Origin: the human T2T-CHM13v2.0 reference genome, Homo sapiens
Direction: 5' to 3' (one strand)
Length of the DNA stretch: 64,000 nucleotides
NCBI RefSeq assembly: GCF_009914755.1
Contig: NC_060925.1
In this document: one piece after another, positions 1 to 12,472 of the stretch
Layout: each line of letters starts with the position of its first letter
Numbering within the stretch: the stretch's first letter is position 1
Made by a program: the position numbers and the translations under genes
The notes under the pieces: generated by a model
What the model was told of the DNA's origin: nothing
Databases searched by the model: none
What the model saw: the letters and a program-made list of their open reading frames with translations, nothing else

Positions 1-734
1 AACTTGGCTGCTCAAAGGCAGGGTGGAGAACACTCATTTGTCAGCAGACCATACAGTTAAGTATGTGAAACTAGTTGATCACAAGCTCACTGTGAGCTGA
101 ACATAATAAAGCTCCTAAAAAATCTAAAGCACATCTAATAACACAATATGATGAAGAATGGTAGTTCTTAACCTTTCATTTGGCTAAAGACATCTGAGAG
201 GCACAACAATCCCCTCAGGAACAGTGAGTCAATGAAGCAGTGGTCCTCAACTGGATAGAGGGTGGAAACTCATCAGCCTCATAGAACATTAGTGACCCTT
301 TGCCTGAATACAGACAGTTATGGTGCTGTGTGCCAGACACATCTTGAGTATGGTTAATTCTGGATGTGATATTTTAAGAGTTATTATATATACTGGAATG
401 CAATCAGAATGGGGCAATGTCAGTGGTAAGAGGTCCAGAAACAATGTCATAAAAGGAGTATTTGGTGGGGAAAAAAAGAAGGATGTTACACTTTGAAAAA
501 TAGAATTCTGAACAGTAAATCATGTCTTCCTCTGCAATTCTTCAACTTGTTACCTCTTTTGTATTTTAGAACATATCACATGGTTGTGATTATTTCTTTA
601 CACACCTATCTTATTCACTAACTACAAGTCATGGGAGTGCAGGGACTGGTTCTATTTTATCTTTCTACCCCACACTTAAGTGCAGTGGCTGGCATACAGT
701 AGGTGTTTAATTATTGTTCTTTAATGAATTGCCA

Positions 735-965
735 GTATAACATCATTGTCAAGAGCCAATCTGCCTAGATTAGAATTCTGACTTAATCTTACTAACTGTG
801 TGACCTTAGGCAAGTTCCCTAACTTCTCTTTCCCTTGGTTTCTTCACCTTTAAAATGAAGACTGTAATAGTACACTTCAGAAAGCTGTTGTAAGGATCAA
901 ATTAGTTAAACACATAAAATGCTTAGAAGACTGTCTGGAGTATAGGAAACAGTCAATAAATGTTA
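735..965 (+). mobile_element. MIR SINE
   Basis: MIR core cttactaactgtgtgaccttaggcaagtt...taaaatgaag. Confidence 0.75.
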
Positions 966-2076
966 CAGGCAAATAAATACACAAGGTATCTGCTTTTATT
1001 TCTTGCTATTACTTGTATGCCTGCTTCCAGAACCTAACCATTTCTCATTAGCTGTGGTTAGGGATGGAGATTCGAAGCCTAATTAACCATTATCCGAACA
1101 CTAAGTGAAGAACTAAGGGACAACTCTATGGGTAGATGATGAGTGCTGTGTTTCTCATGTCTTCAGTCTCACTGCCTGGAACTTCTTTTACATCTTTCTT
1201 CTTCTAATTCTTGGTTATCCTTCAGGACATAGGAGCCTTCAGGAACCCTTCGCTGACTATCACATCCCAACTTGTGCTTCATGCCCCTTTAATATGTTTC
1301 AAACACATATACAATGTTTTAAAAGTCTGCTTATTGGCCTGCCTTCAGTGATTCAAAGACAGAAAGGACTTATCTTCATATCTTTAATCCTCAAAAACTA
1401 GTAAGAGCCCTGGCACATAAGGGGCCTCAGTAAATATTTCTGGAATGAACATTTGCTAACCAAATGAACAAATAAGCTTCAGCATTCATTTAGAGATGTG
1501 ATAACCAGATAAGTGATCTTAGAATAAGGAGAATGCTTGTGAATTTCATGTGGAGCACTTTTTATAGCTTGAATACTTCATACCATCTACATCTATCCAG
1601 TGTCTAATGAAACAGAAACTACCACTGGTCTTTCCCACTCCTGCAAGTCAGCAACGGTGTAAGTACACACAGCTTTTGAGGAATTCTTGGCCGAACACAA
1701 ATCACATTCCAGATCATTCCTCATCTTGGTAATTTCTAATGTCTTATGTAATATAAAAGGAAACTATTATCAAAGAAGAAAAAAAGCCACATTTTAGATA
1801 GTCCTAACACCAAGGTTCTGATATTTAACAATCATCGATTCATTTATTTAAAAATCATTTGAGCACCTACTATATGCCAGGCACTATGATAAAAATACAA
1901 ACTTTTCAAACAAATTAAAATTAGTGTATTCAACAGAGTTTAAAAAAGTAAACACAAGGAACAAAGGTTTCTATCCTTTGTAAAAGAATTAAACTTATTT
2001 GAATCCTAAATGGTAGCTGCATTTTGTGTTGTTTCAGAGAGACCCTGAGGAAAGAGGATGTTAGCAATTGTTTTAC

Positions 2077-2201
2077 CTGTCCTCATGACTTCCAGTACGA
2101 ACATCCTTCATGGCAGCAAATCCGCAAGGCACTCTAGCATATTTATTTAAATTTTCAATAAGTGTCTTCCCTACTTCAAGGTAGTAAGGATCTCCTGTAG
2201 C
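2077..2201 (-). CDS. EDEM3: EDEM3 exon 13 ([11 protein letters not shown]...[20 protein letters not shown])
   Basis: aatag|GCT ... AG|GTAAAA; 125 nt; Cys441; gene continues past the window start. Confidence 0.97.
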
Positions 2202-2728
2202 CTATTAAAAAGGAGAATATATGTATAATATATATAGCTTATATATTACCACATATCCATTCATTTACCAAATATTTATTGAGTACCTACTAGGTGCCAG
2301 GCACTGTATCAGGCACTGAAGGACATTATATAGAACTGAGTTCTGAAAAAAAGCTATGAATCTGCTTTACAGAATTTCTTAAATACACAATTATAAAATT
2401 TAACTATATAACCTTAGTTTTTAAATTTCTAATGCTCAGAAAGGCTGCCTGAAGAAAGGCAAGAGACATGCTTTAGAAAGCAGCTCTAGAACATAAAATT
2501 TCTCTTTAAAGAAATGTTTACATAATATTTTTTAAAGAAAAAAACCTTGCATGTCAATTCTTGCATCATTCAATAATTCTATGGACTAGATGAATAAGAA
2601 TCATGATATATCCAATCATTATAATATTAAAAGGGGACTCTGAAAACCCAATTACTATTATGAAAGAATGAGAGATCCAACAGAGAATGGAGGCTAAACT
2701 TTAAGTAAAATGGGGTATATTTTCTTAC

Positions 2729-2812
2729 TTTATATAAGAAGTAGGTACTTTCTGCAAATTCTGGCCTTAAAGGATGTTGAGCCCAGTGTACTCTGAAATC
2801 TGTGGTAAATGC
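2729..2812 (-). CDS. EDEM3: EDEM3 exon 12 ([28 protein letters not shown])
   Basis: ttcag|GCA ... AAA|GTAAGA; 84 nt; LRPE-x-x-ES motif (Glu405); overlaps ORF 2627..2860. Confidence 0.97.
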
Positions 2813-3171
2813 CTGAACAAAACAACATACAAAAGGCATAAAAAATGTGATTAAATACACAAGTAGTTCCAGAATATATAGAATATATATAAATAGGTAA
2901 AAGCAATTAAAATAGCAATCAGGACATTTTCATCAATAAAACATCAATTTTCATTGCTTAAAATAACAATTCATTTTGCAAAGGCTGCTATTTTTACCAA
3001 TTAAATTGATTATTTTTTCAGTGATCATTCTGGCTATTAGAAAACTCAGAAAAACTCCATAATGAAACTCAGCAATGCCACTACATGGGTCCTGGTGGTA
3101 AACATAATTGTGTTTTCTTTTTATCCTTCCCTCTACTTTTTCCTCTGGATTATTACTCTCCTAGTTCTCAT

Positions 3172-3367
3172 ATTTATTTTTAAATTTTTTAAATCGACAA
3201 ATAAAAGTGACATATATTTATGGTATATGACATGATGTTTTGATATATTTATACACTATGAAATGGCTAAATCAAGCTAATTAACATATGCATTATCTCA
3301 CATAGTTCTCTTTTTTTGTGGTGAGAATACTTAAAATCTCTCTTAGCAATGTGTAAGCATACATATT
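3172..3367 (-). mobile_element. L1MA-type LINE-1 3' end fragment
   Basis: aaatcaagctaattaacatatgcattatctcacatag...gtggtgagaatacttaaaatc matches the L1MA 3' UTR. Confidence 0.75.
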
Positions 3368-4283
3368 TCATATTTTAGCTTATATTTTCTAAAAGCCTCA
3401 AATCCTTTGTGGAATAAGACAGAGCATTATTTAGAAATAAATAAAATTAGTCTATTTGAAATTTATTCAATAACATAATCAATTGGTTTTTAAAAGAAAA
3501 TAAAAATAAAAGCAAACAAAAACTTTTATGGGAGCTAAATAAAAATTTCATTTGTGATAGATGTATTAATTGAAACCTCAGTTTATTCTGTATGGATATG
3601 AATTTTCTACAATGCACAGTCCTACTCACCCGAAGGCTAATAAAACTATACTTTCCAAAACAAACACTTTAGGAACCCTTCTAAGTTGGTAGAATGCTTA
3701 GATATCTCACAGAGGGTAGTCAATAAGCGGGGATAGAACAAGGCCATACACACATTTGGAAATTTTTAACGGTACATTTCTGGGAAGCCAAAAAGTATGC
3801 TATTAAAATCTTGTCATATTAAGCTAGCAAGAATATTTATTACTAATATGATGTATAAAAATCAGGAAGAATAATTCTCAATCAGCATGAGGAAGAGATG
3901 GCATTCTATACATTTCCAGAGGGCATGTGTGAACAACAAAAGTATATCTAATATATACTGTTTTCATAAGACAAGCTTTAGAAAATAAAAAGTGACAAAA
4001 TCTCCCTAGCTGGTAGGTACATACAAGAGTTAGAATGAGAGAATATTACAATGGCATAAGTTAGGAAGAGTTGAGAAGAACTAAGCTGGGAATTTTTTTA
4101 CATAAAATTTTAAAAATGTCAGCATTACCCTAAATCAGACTTCTCTTAACACACAAAGAAAAGCAAAAACATATATAATACTGTACAAACCAAAAATAAA
4201 CTATTTAATAGGAAAAAAATAAAAAGAACCAACAAGCCTTGAAGATGACATTTTCTACCTTTATATTAGCAACTTATAGTGTA

Positions 4284-4322
4284 TATGTGTACGTGTGTGT
4301 GTGTGTGTGTTTGTGTGTGTGT
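4284..4322. repeat. (TG)n/(CA)n microsatellite
   Basis: Interrupted GT dinucleotide run. Confidence 0.9.
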
Positions 4323-4350
4323 AAGATTATTCCAAAAATTATTTGCTTAC

Positions 4351-4434
4351 CTCTGGTAGAAAATTGTGTTTTTTAATCACCTGATATAACATTTCATGAG
4401 TTTCAATAGCAGGTCTAATATCCCCCTTTAACAC
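4351..4434 (-). CDS. EDEM3: EDEM3 exon 11 ([14 protein letters not shown]...NFLPE)
   Basis: tctag|GTG ... GAG|GTAAGC; 84 nt; ends in the LPE motif (Glu387). Confidence 0.97.
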
Positions 4435-4631
4435 CTAGAAATCAACAACAATAAAATTACCTAATAAAATATGAGCTGATTTTATCTCTAATCATTACAT
4501 AAACAGAAAAATGTATACAAATACAATTCTGAACTGCAACTATGTTTTGTAGTTCAGTTTTAAAGATCAAAAATGCGCCTAATTAACATCATCATCTTAC
4601 ATTCATATTAAGAAGACAGAATTCTTTATAC

Positions 4632-4757
4632 CTGCAAGCCTGGGAAGAAGGCAAGCAAAGCATCCATCCAAGTCCGAGCATTCAGCATTGGTTTGTGGAT
4701 ATGCACATCAAGTAGAAGAGGTGGCTGGCTAATATACCTCATTATGGCATCATAGTG
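4632..4757 (-). CDS. EDEM3: EDEM3 exon 10 (HYDAIMRY...[13 protein letters not shown])
   Basis: tttag|CAC ... CAG|GTATAA; 126 nt. Confidence 0.97.
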
Positions 4758-5514
4758 CTAAAAGATCACAACATGTGTTCATGAAAGTTAGATGAAAAAA
4801 GAGGTACTACTCTAAACACATTAAATAGCACTGTGAATAAATTAAACTAGAATTTATATATAAATTCACTAAATAACTACCAATTTATATAAATATTTAA
4901 GTTATTTTAGATGGAGATCTTTCTAAAATATATATGTACTCCTTTATGTCCTCTAACTCACATGCAGACTATTAAAGACTATCTGTAATATAGGACCTTC
5001 TGAGAAAAATGGAACTGAACATCTCTATGCCCTGTGGCGTTAGCCCGTGGTTGGTATGACTTTGCGGCCCACTGATGCTCATAGGTCCCCTTGTAATATA
5101 GCTATCAGCTTCTGTATTACAGAATTTGCTTTTTCCTGTATCTTGGAAGTTTGATCCCTTCTCGGCTAACAATATTTTGGTGCTCACTACTATCTAAACT
5201 AATGCAGCTAATCACTGCTGCCACTCTTATGGTTTGCTATCTCAGCTTATTATGGTCTTAGAAAACTCTTTTTCCCTTCTTTTGTCTTCTTCTCCTAGAT
5301 ATTTCTCAGCTTTGACAAAAGGTTGAGTTGTGATAACAAGCCAACAAAAATAGTTATTTGTCCCCATTTACCTCAAGAAATTCTTGTTATAATCTAATAA
5401 ACAATCTATGTGATAATTTTAGAAAGTATTCAATTAATGACTTATTAACTTTTACTAATTTTTTTTTTGCAAATTTACCTATTATTTAATCACTATTATT
5501 GAATATTGGCCATA

Positions 5515-5830
5515 GGTTAAAGGCACTGCTCTAATCACTTTGAATGCATAAACTCAATCCTCCCAATAACCCTATAAATAGTACTAGTACTCCCATTCTG
5601 TAGATGAGAAACAGAGGCAAATAATATTAGTTACTTGCCCAAAGTCACAAAACCCGTAGGTGGTACAATCAGAATTTAAACCAGTACATCTCCCATACTT
5701 TTTTTTTTTTTTTTTTGAGACGGAGTTTCGCTCTGTCGCCCAGGCTGGAGTGCAGTGGCGCGATCTCGACTCACTGCAAGCTCCGCCTCCCGGGTTCACG
5801 CCATTCTCCTCCATACTTTTAATCACCATG
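5515..5830 (-). mobile_element. MIR SINE interrupted by an AluY fragment
   Basis: cccattctgtagatgagaaacagaggc...ttacttgcccaaagtcac. Confidence 0.7.
5699..5810 (-). mobile_element. 5'-truncated young AluY with target-site duplication (TSD)
   Basis: Poly-T plus about 93 nt of right arm with AluY diagnostics (GCAAGCTCC, TTCACGCCATTC); TSD CCATACTTTT. Confidence 0.92.
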
Positions 5831-6477
5831 TCATACTGTCTCATACATACAACATGGATGAACTGATAGGTGAGCAAGGAAATGGTAGATTAGTTTAAAA
5901 AGAATATAGTGATATAACTGATGAGTTTGCTATATTCATTTCAGTTTGCTTCAGTTAAAAAGGTGATTCAATTGGGTTCAATAATCCTCCCACTTTTCCC
6001 AAAAAAACATGCTTGTGGTTCTGAACCAGTCTTAAGACTTGCTTTTGAAATGAATACTCACTAGTTTCTCCAGGTCTTCAAAGCCCTGTATCCTTGGTGT
6101 AATCAAAGACTAAGCCAAACTTCCAAGATTTCAAAAAGAATTGAAATACAAAGGAAAAAGCTAACTAGTAACATATTTCAATAATTCTTATCCTTGTACA
6201 AACAAGATTAGGTAAAACTCAAATCTATTACATCTCTTATTGGCAGATCTGCAAAGTTTCTGATAAAAGGTGAAAATAAAACTACTTTATCAACTGATTT
6301 TTTGGAATGTATATCACTTTTTACGCTGTCCCTGTTCAACATCATCAGGAAATACTGACACAAAACCACTACACATTTTAAAAATTATTTTTACAATGTC
6401 ATTCAGGTAATGGAGTTTCTATAAAAATCTGGACTCAAATGAAGTTGATTATAAAATATAAAATTGTATCAACTTAC

Positions 6478-6575
6478 TGTGTTAAATCTTTCCAGAAAAC
6501 TGTCATCTCCAAGCAAGACATAGGCTTTCAACAGATATTCATAATATGAATCAATCCCTGCTCCAACTCCACTAT
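6478..6575 (-). CDS. EDEM3: EDEM3 exon 9 ([19 protein letters not shown]...ERFNT)
   Basis: catag|AT ... ACA|GTAAGT; 98 nt; GH47 DSYYEYLLK motif (Asp293). Confidence 0.97.
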
Positions 6576-8369
6576 CTATGGAAACACAAATGTGATTTTT
6601 CATTAAATTTTTTTAAAACCGTTAAATTTTTTTAAAAAAATAGCACTCCTTAGATTAGCATTAAATTAACATTGTGCATATATATGACTACACCAGTTTA
6701 GATTTGCCCTGGAACAGATAATTATATTTAAAATAAATAATTTGCTAACTAGTTCATAGTTTAATTAGCTCTTAGTTTCACTAGGTGGAAAATAAGCATC
6801 TTGTGTTCTTTAAGAAATTGGTATGTATAAATGAATAGTAAATTCACTTAAATCTTGAGGAAATCTAAAGATGAAGTCTCTTGTTTTGCTTTTTCCTAAA
6901 AAGGAAAAAAGAACCAAAGTCAAGAAAAATTAAAGAACAATAATAATATCTACTCTTAAAAAGAAGAAATGTTATCTAACACAAAAATGAAACCTATAGA
7001 TTCAAAAAAACACCTATTTTACTGTCTTAACCAGTAAAAAAAAAATGATAGGCAGGTGGAGTCTAGACCACTTAGAACTGAACCAACTCTAGACAAAAAT
7101 GAAGATGGTACAATGCTATGACTGCAAGGAAATGATTTTAAAAATTTCACAGTTTTCATGTTTGTAGCAATATGTTGATGCACAAAATATCAAAAATACA
7201 AGTCTGGATTTTTCCTCTTAGGTTTATAATACACTATCAAACTTCTATTTAATGCATTTGTATTTGCATTATAAATGCATTAAGCCTTCTCTGTTTATGT
7301 GTATGCTATACAAGCACATACATGCTGGTACGTTACCATGAAAATAATAGTTCTCATCTCAAACTAGTGACTCGTCTTTTTACCCATATTTATATACATT
7401 TCATTTCTATTGTAAGACACAACATTTTTCTAGTGGTACATTTAAATCAACATATTATGTTATTTTAAATCTTCATTTTTAAATGAGTCTTTTTAGTGTT
7501 ATGACATAATGGATTTAATTTAACAGCTGAAGTATGATATGGTAACCACACTGTACTATTTAATTCACAGATGTAGGAAAATATTTGATTTTTAAACTAT
7601 AACCAAGATGAGACCAGACAGTTATAAGCAGTGAAATACTAGAAAACAGTGAATGAATACACAAGATGACTTTTCATCAGTGGCCATTCAATATTTTGCT
7701 TTTAGGAACTTGGAAGAAATTGTCTTGAGTTTCAAATGTTCTGGTAAATCTAGTCATTTCTTAGCTTCCTCAGTATCACCCTGAATTACTGAAATAACTG
7801 ACTGTGAAGAGTCAAAAGTTCTTTTCTGTCATTTAGATGACACAGAAAAATTTTATACAATACTGAATAAAGGTAATAATTTTAATATGTTTGAATTAAT
7901 AATTTTATAATTTTTATTTATTTAAATATAGGCAGTTACCATTTATTTTACATATAAACAAGATAAGCTTTTTAGAAATAGAGAAAATGTATAAAAAAGA
8001 TGCTTTCATTAAGAATATTCTAATTTATTTCCATTCATCTATGCTTATCAGGGTGTTTTATAAAGATAAAATCACAGTTCTTTGTACAATTCAATATCCT
8101 GTTTGTTCATATAACATTGTTACATGTTCCTTCCCATGCTCCTGATTTATTTTAATAACAATATTCCAACGCTGATGTAAAATAATTTTCTTAGCTTTTT
8201 TTACTGATGGTTAGACTGTTTCCCAATTTTCTGCTATTTATAAATAATTGCATGGGAACATCTTGGGAACAAATAATTTTCTATGTTTTGTATTATTCCT
8301 CAGACTAGATTCCCAGAAGTAAAATTATTAATCAAAAGGACTAACATCTCGTTACTGGGCACTTACTTC

Positions 8370-8580
8370 ATAGTAAGTGTAGTACATGCCCGGCACTGTT
8401 CTAAGCACTTTACTTTGGTTAACTCATTTAATCCTCATACAGAACAACTAATTACTATTAATATGCCCACTTTACAGATATGGAATAGAGAGGCACACAG
8501 AGGTTAAATAAGTTTCCCAAGATCACATAGCTTGAATCCAACAACATGACCCCAGAGTCTATGCTCTTAGCTACTATATT
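8370..8580 (-). mobile_element. MIR SINE
   Basis: ggcactgttctaagcactt...cactttacagat...gaggcacacagaggttaaataa. Confidence 0.75.
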
Positions 8581-8939
8581 TCTGGAGGTAGGAGAAAAAA
8601 AGAATTTATTAAACCCATATTCTTACTAAACCACACCTTGACGTGAGATGGCTGCAGAAATCTGGTTCTCTAGTTTTCAAATAAATTATAGCGTTTCATC
8701 TACACCCTATACCTATAATGCTATATCCATTAAGAAATAGAATACTAAATCATGTAGAAGAAGTGTGTCACATTTGGCATCAAAAAAGAAAATCTGGCTA
8801 AATTAATTAAAATTCCAGCAATCTTGTGAGAACCTATGCTTTATAGTATCCCAAAGATTATTTTAACAAATGAAAATTCTTTATTTCCCAACCATTTTGA
8901 GGATGCAAAGGCTTGATTTAAAAAGCCTAACTTACATAC

Positions 8940-9045
8940 CTTTTCGTACCCAATCTCCAGTATGAATATTTATAGTCACGCCCACTAAATTACTACTTCG
9001 CTGTCTTTTTTCCCAGAGAAAATCAAGAGCTTTTCTGGCATATTC
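8940..9045 (-). CDS. EDEM3: EDEM3 exon 8 ([14 protein letters not shown]...HTGDWVRK)
   Basis: T21-aaattacag|GAA ... G|GTATGT; 106 nt; overlaps ORF 8932..9126. Confidence 0.97.
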
Positions 9046-10089
9046 CTGTAATTTAAAAAAAAAAAAAAAAAAAAAGAAGTGCATATTTGAAGAACTAAGT
9101 CTCTTTGGCAAATAGGAAACTAACAAACAAAACTCAAAGGCCGATAGGATATTTTAAGAATTAGGTTAAATTTCTAAGATAACTATTTATAAACAAATTT
9201 CCTTAAAACTCAAAGCTTGGCTCTTTTTCAACCAATCAGTGTAGTTAGGAAAGACTCTGAATACACTATTCAGAGGAAGGCTCACTTTGATGGCTCACTT
9301 TCATCTACTCTTTTTGTTTTTTCTTCATTTCATCTACTCTTGTAGCACAAGTTCATATTCACACACATGTATTATTAAATTATATTAATTGCTTACATAA
9401 TTGATATACTTGTTAAAGTAATTTCTACCACTTAAAGGCAAAGTAAAAATCTCCCTAGATACTCTTATTTAGAAAACTGGAAGAGAATTTCAAAGGTAGT
9501 ATGCTATCTTTGAAAGTCATTTCAGATCCTACTTTTTAAATGGTAAGCAAGTTCATTAGTAAAAAGCTATTAAATCAATTAGGCTACCAAATATTTGATA
9601 ACAACAAACTTGTAACCTTATGACATGTTTGTCTTTTTCTCATTTATTTTATCTACTAGACACTAAATAAAATGAGTTGTGAACAAATTTTTGGCTTTGG
9701 ATGAAAAGATGTTACAAAATATAAATGCAAAGGGCAAGTACAGGCAGGTTTCTAAATTAATTTCAGAGCATGAACCTATTTAGCACTGCAGAAGGACTTC
9801 TATAAAAGAAAAAGTCATTAAACCCATTTGTCACTTGGCAGATTACAGAGTGTAAAATAGTTATAATTCTTTACTCAAACTATGCTGATTTCTCTTAAAC
9901 ACAAAGCAGGTTATAATTTTAATTAAATGGCAGAATTTCAGAGCCAGGAAACTTCAAAAAGATTTCCCTAGTCTTATTTTACAGCTAAGAAAACAGGCCT
10001 AGTGAAATTCAAGATTAGCTAGAGTTTAAAATTGAATTACAGGACAAAAAAATAATATGAGAATTCAGATCTCTTTATATATATTAGAC

Positions 10090-10303
10090 CAAGGGTCAGC
10101 AAACCTTTTCGGACAAGAACCAGGTATTTTAAGCGCTATGGGTCACACAGTAAATGGCACAATTACTCAACTCTGTCACTGTAGCACCAAAGTAGGCACA
10201 GATAAAAACAAACAATTGAGCATGGCTGTGTTCCAATAAAGCTTTATTTATAAAAACAGGCAGTGGCTGCACTTTGCTCACAGACTGCAGTTTGCCAACC
10301 CTG
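10090..10303. mobile_element. MER58A-like hAT-Charlie non-autonomous DNA transposon
   Basis: Terminal inverted repeats caagggtcagcaaac / gtttgccaaccctg; internal ggctgtgttccaataaagctttattta. Confidence 0.75.
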
Positions 10304-11444
10304 TATTATATCAATGCTTTGTCAACTGCATCTTCTCTGACAACAAATTACTGCGTATTCAAGAATTTTTTTTTTTAAATCATGACTTTCAACAGATTTA
10401 TTAATAAACACAAAATAGCCCACTGGAAAGAGTATGGGTTTCAAATTCAGAAAGACATGGATTCTAATTCCAACTCCATGCATCATCTACCAGCTGTGCA
10501 GGTCTGTCATACTCTTTGAGCCTTATTTTCCTCACCTGTAACTGCATCAATATCTGAGAGTGTAGTTATTAAAGTATGCAAAAGTGTCCACACTTTTTAA
10601 TGAAGGGAAAATATTAGTGAACAAGATATAGAGCAAAACCTTAAGTTTAAAAGATTAACCAACCAAACATGATAAATCTGTCCTTGAGACATTTGAACAT
10701 ACAGACATACATTCAAAGGCATACATACATACAAAGTCAATTTGTTTTCTTTACATTCAGATCTAGTATCTGTAATGCTACTATACAGTCCCTATTTCTG
10801 CTTGTTCTGTTTGCCATTTGTTGAATTTTTAAACATTAACCTAAGTCATATGCTTGAAAAAGAGGGTGCTTTGTGTTACCACTGCACTCCAATGACATGC
10901 TTAAATAATTAGATTTTTTTAATGAGAGACATAGCTAGCCCACAACTATGTGGGGATATTAAGTCTTTTGGATAATGAATAACATTTCCCTTGCAGTAAA
11001 CAAATTTACAGATTACAGTCTCAATCAAGACTTAAGAACAAAAATTTCACTGTGTTTTAGAAGATTAGTGAAGGTTTCAGAACTTTCAGAAGTGCAATAT
11101 GGAAGTCTAACAAATAAAACACAGGGACATAGTATTTCGTAAGACATTTATGATATCAAGGAGACATCAAATTCATTTAAGTAATATGGCTAAAAAAATT
11201 TCTAAGACTAAACCTAAACATATACTTCATAGTTGGTGAACAAAATGCAAAGTTGGATTTAACATAGCTCTCTCACAATGTTCTAGGTTTTTGACAATTA
11301 AAAACCATGTAAAGGAATTTAGACAAAAAGTTCACTAAAATAACAGTAATTCTCCAACTAATAATCCTAATATTTAACCAATGAAGAAGATATAAAGGTA
11401 GTTATGCCCAATACCCAGGATATCAAAGACCGTAAAAAGCAAAC

Positions 11445-11579
11445 CTCAAATATTGTTGCTCCTGTGAATCGACTTAAAGCAGCAAATTCAAGGATCAAGG
11501 TACCTGCACAAGCTGTACAGGTATCTGTCTCAGTTCCTGTCCGAGCTTCTGGTTTTCTGATGCCAAACTTTAAATTAAT
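11445..11579 (-). CDS. EDEM3: EDEM3 exon 7 (INLKFG...[26 protein letters not shown])
   Basis: ttcag|ATT ... GAG|GTTTGC (weak donor); 135 nt. Confidence 0.96.
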
Positions 11580-12199
11580 CTGAATACAATTAGAAAATTG
11601 TCATTAGCAGTTATCAAGACAATGACCTTCTGATAAGAAACTACTTTTCAATCAAGTCTTTGTATAAAATCATGAAAATAATTCATAAAATAACTAAACA
11701 CTGAAATTCAATCTGATGATCTCTGACTTTCCAATTAGCATGTAGGGAAATATATTCTAAGCATATAATATTCATGAAGTAAGTAAGCTTTTATTTCATT
11801 CCATCCTCATTGACATCAAAACTCAATTACTTCCCTTGGAGTAAACAAGTGACATGATTATAATCCAAGGGAAATTACACAGAGAAGGTATCTTTTATAA
11901 CAATTTTGTTCTCTGGACAGTTTGAACTAGTAAGTACAAGAATAGGGAAGTAGACCAGCCTTAGAAGAAATTAGGGTTAGTTTAGAATTTGTGAAAAACC
12001 AGTCTATATTATATATTAACTAGTTCACCATAGAGAAAAAACGGATTGTTATGGTATACATTTGAAAGGAAATTAAAATTTCATTTACGGGTTTTAAGAG
12101 TTTGGAAATATAGAGTGTATCACCTTGCTGGCAGGCTAACAACACAAGGGAAATTTTTTCAAAGGTGTATTTCTTTATTAAGTGGAAGACAACCAAATA

Positions 12200-12472
12200 G
12201 GCCACGAGCGGTAGCTCATGCCTGTAATCCCAGCACTTTGTGAGGCCAAGGCGAGTGGATCACTTGAGGCCAGAAGTTTGAGACCAGCCTCACCAACATG
12301 GCGTAACCCCATCTCTACTAAAAATACAAAAATCAGCCAGGCATGGTTGCGTGTGCCTGTAATCCCAGCTACCTGGGAGGCTGAGGCACGAATCTCTTGA
12401 ACTTGGGAGGTGGAGGTTGCAGTGAGCTGAGATAGCGCCACAGCACTCCAGCCTGTGTGACAGAGCAAGACC
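12200..12472 (+). mobile_element. Alu (S/J type), poly-A tail absent
   Basis: Dimeric Alu consensus ending abruptly at gagcaagacc. Confidence 0.93.

Noticed and set aside
3624-3640. Possible 7-nt microexon (ttAG|CCTTCGG|GTGAGT) in intron 11
   Set aside because: Good donor but a poor, AG-interrupted pyrimidine tract, and frameshifting; insufficient support
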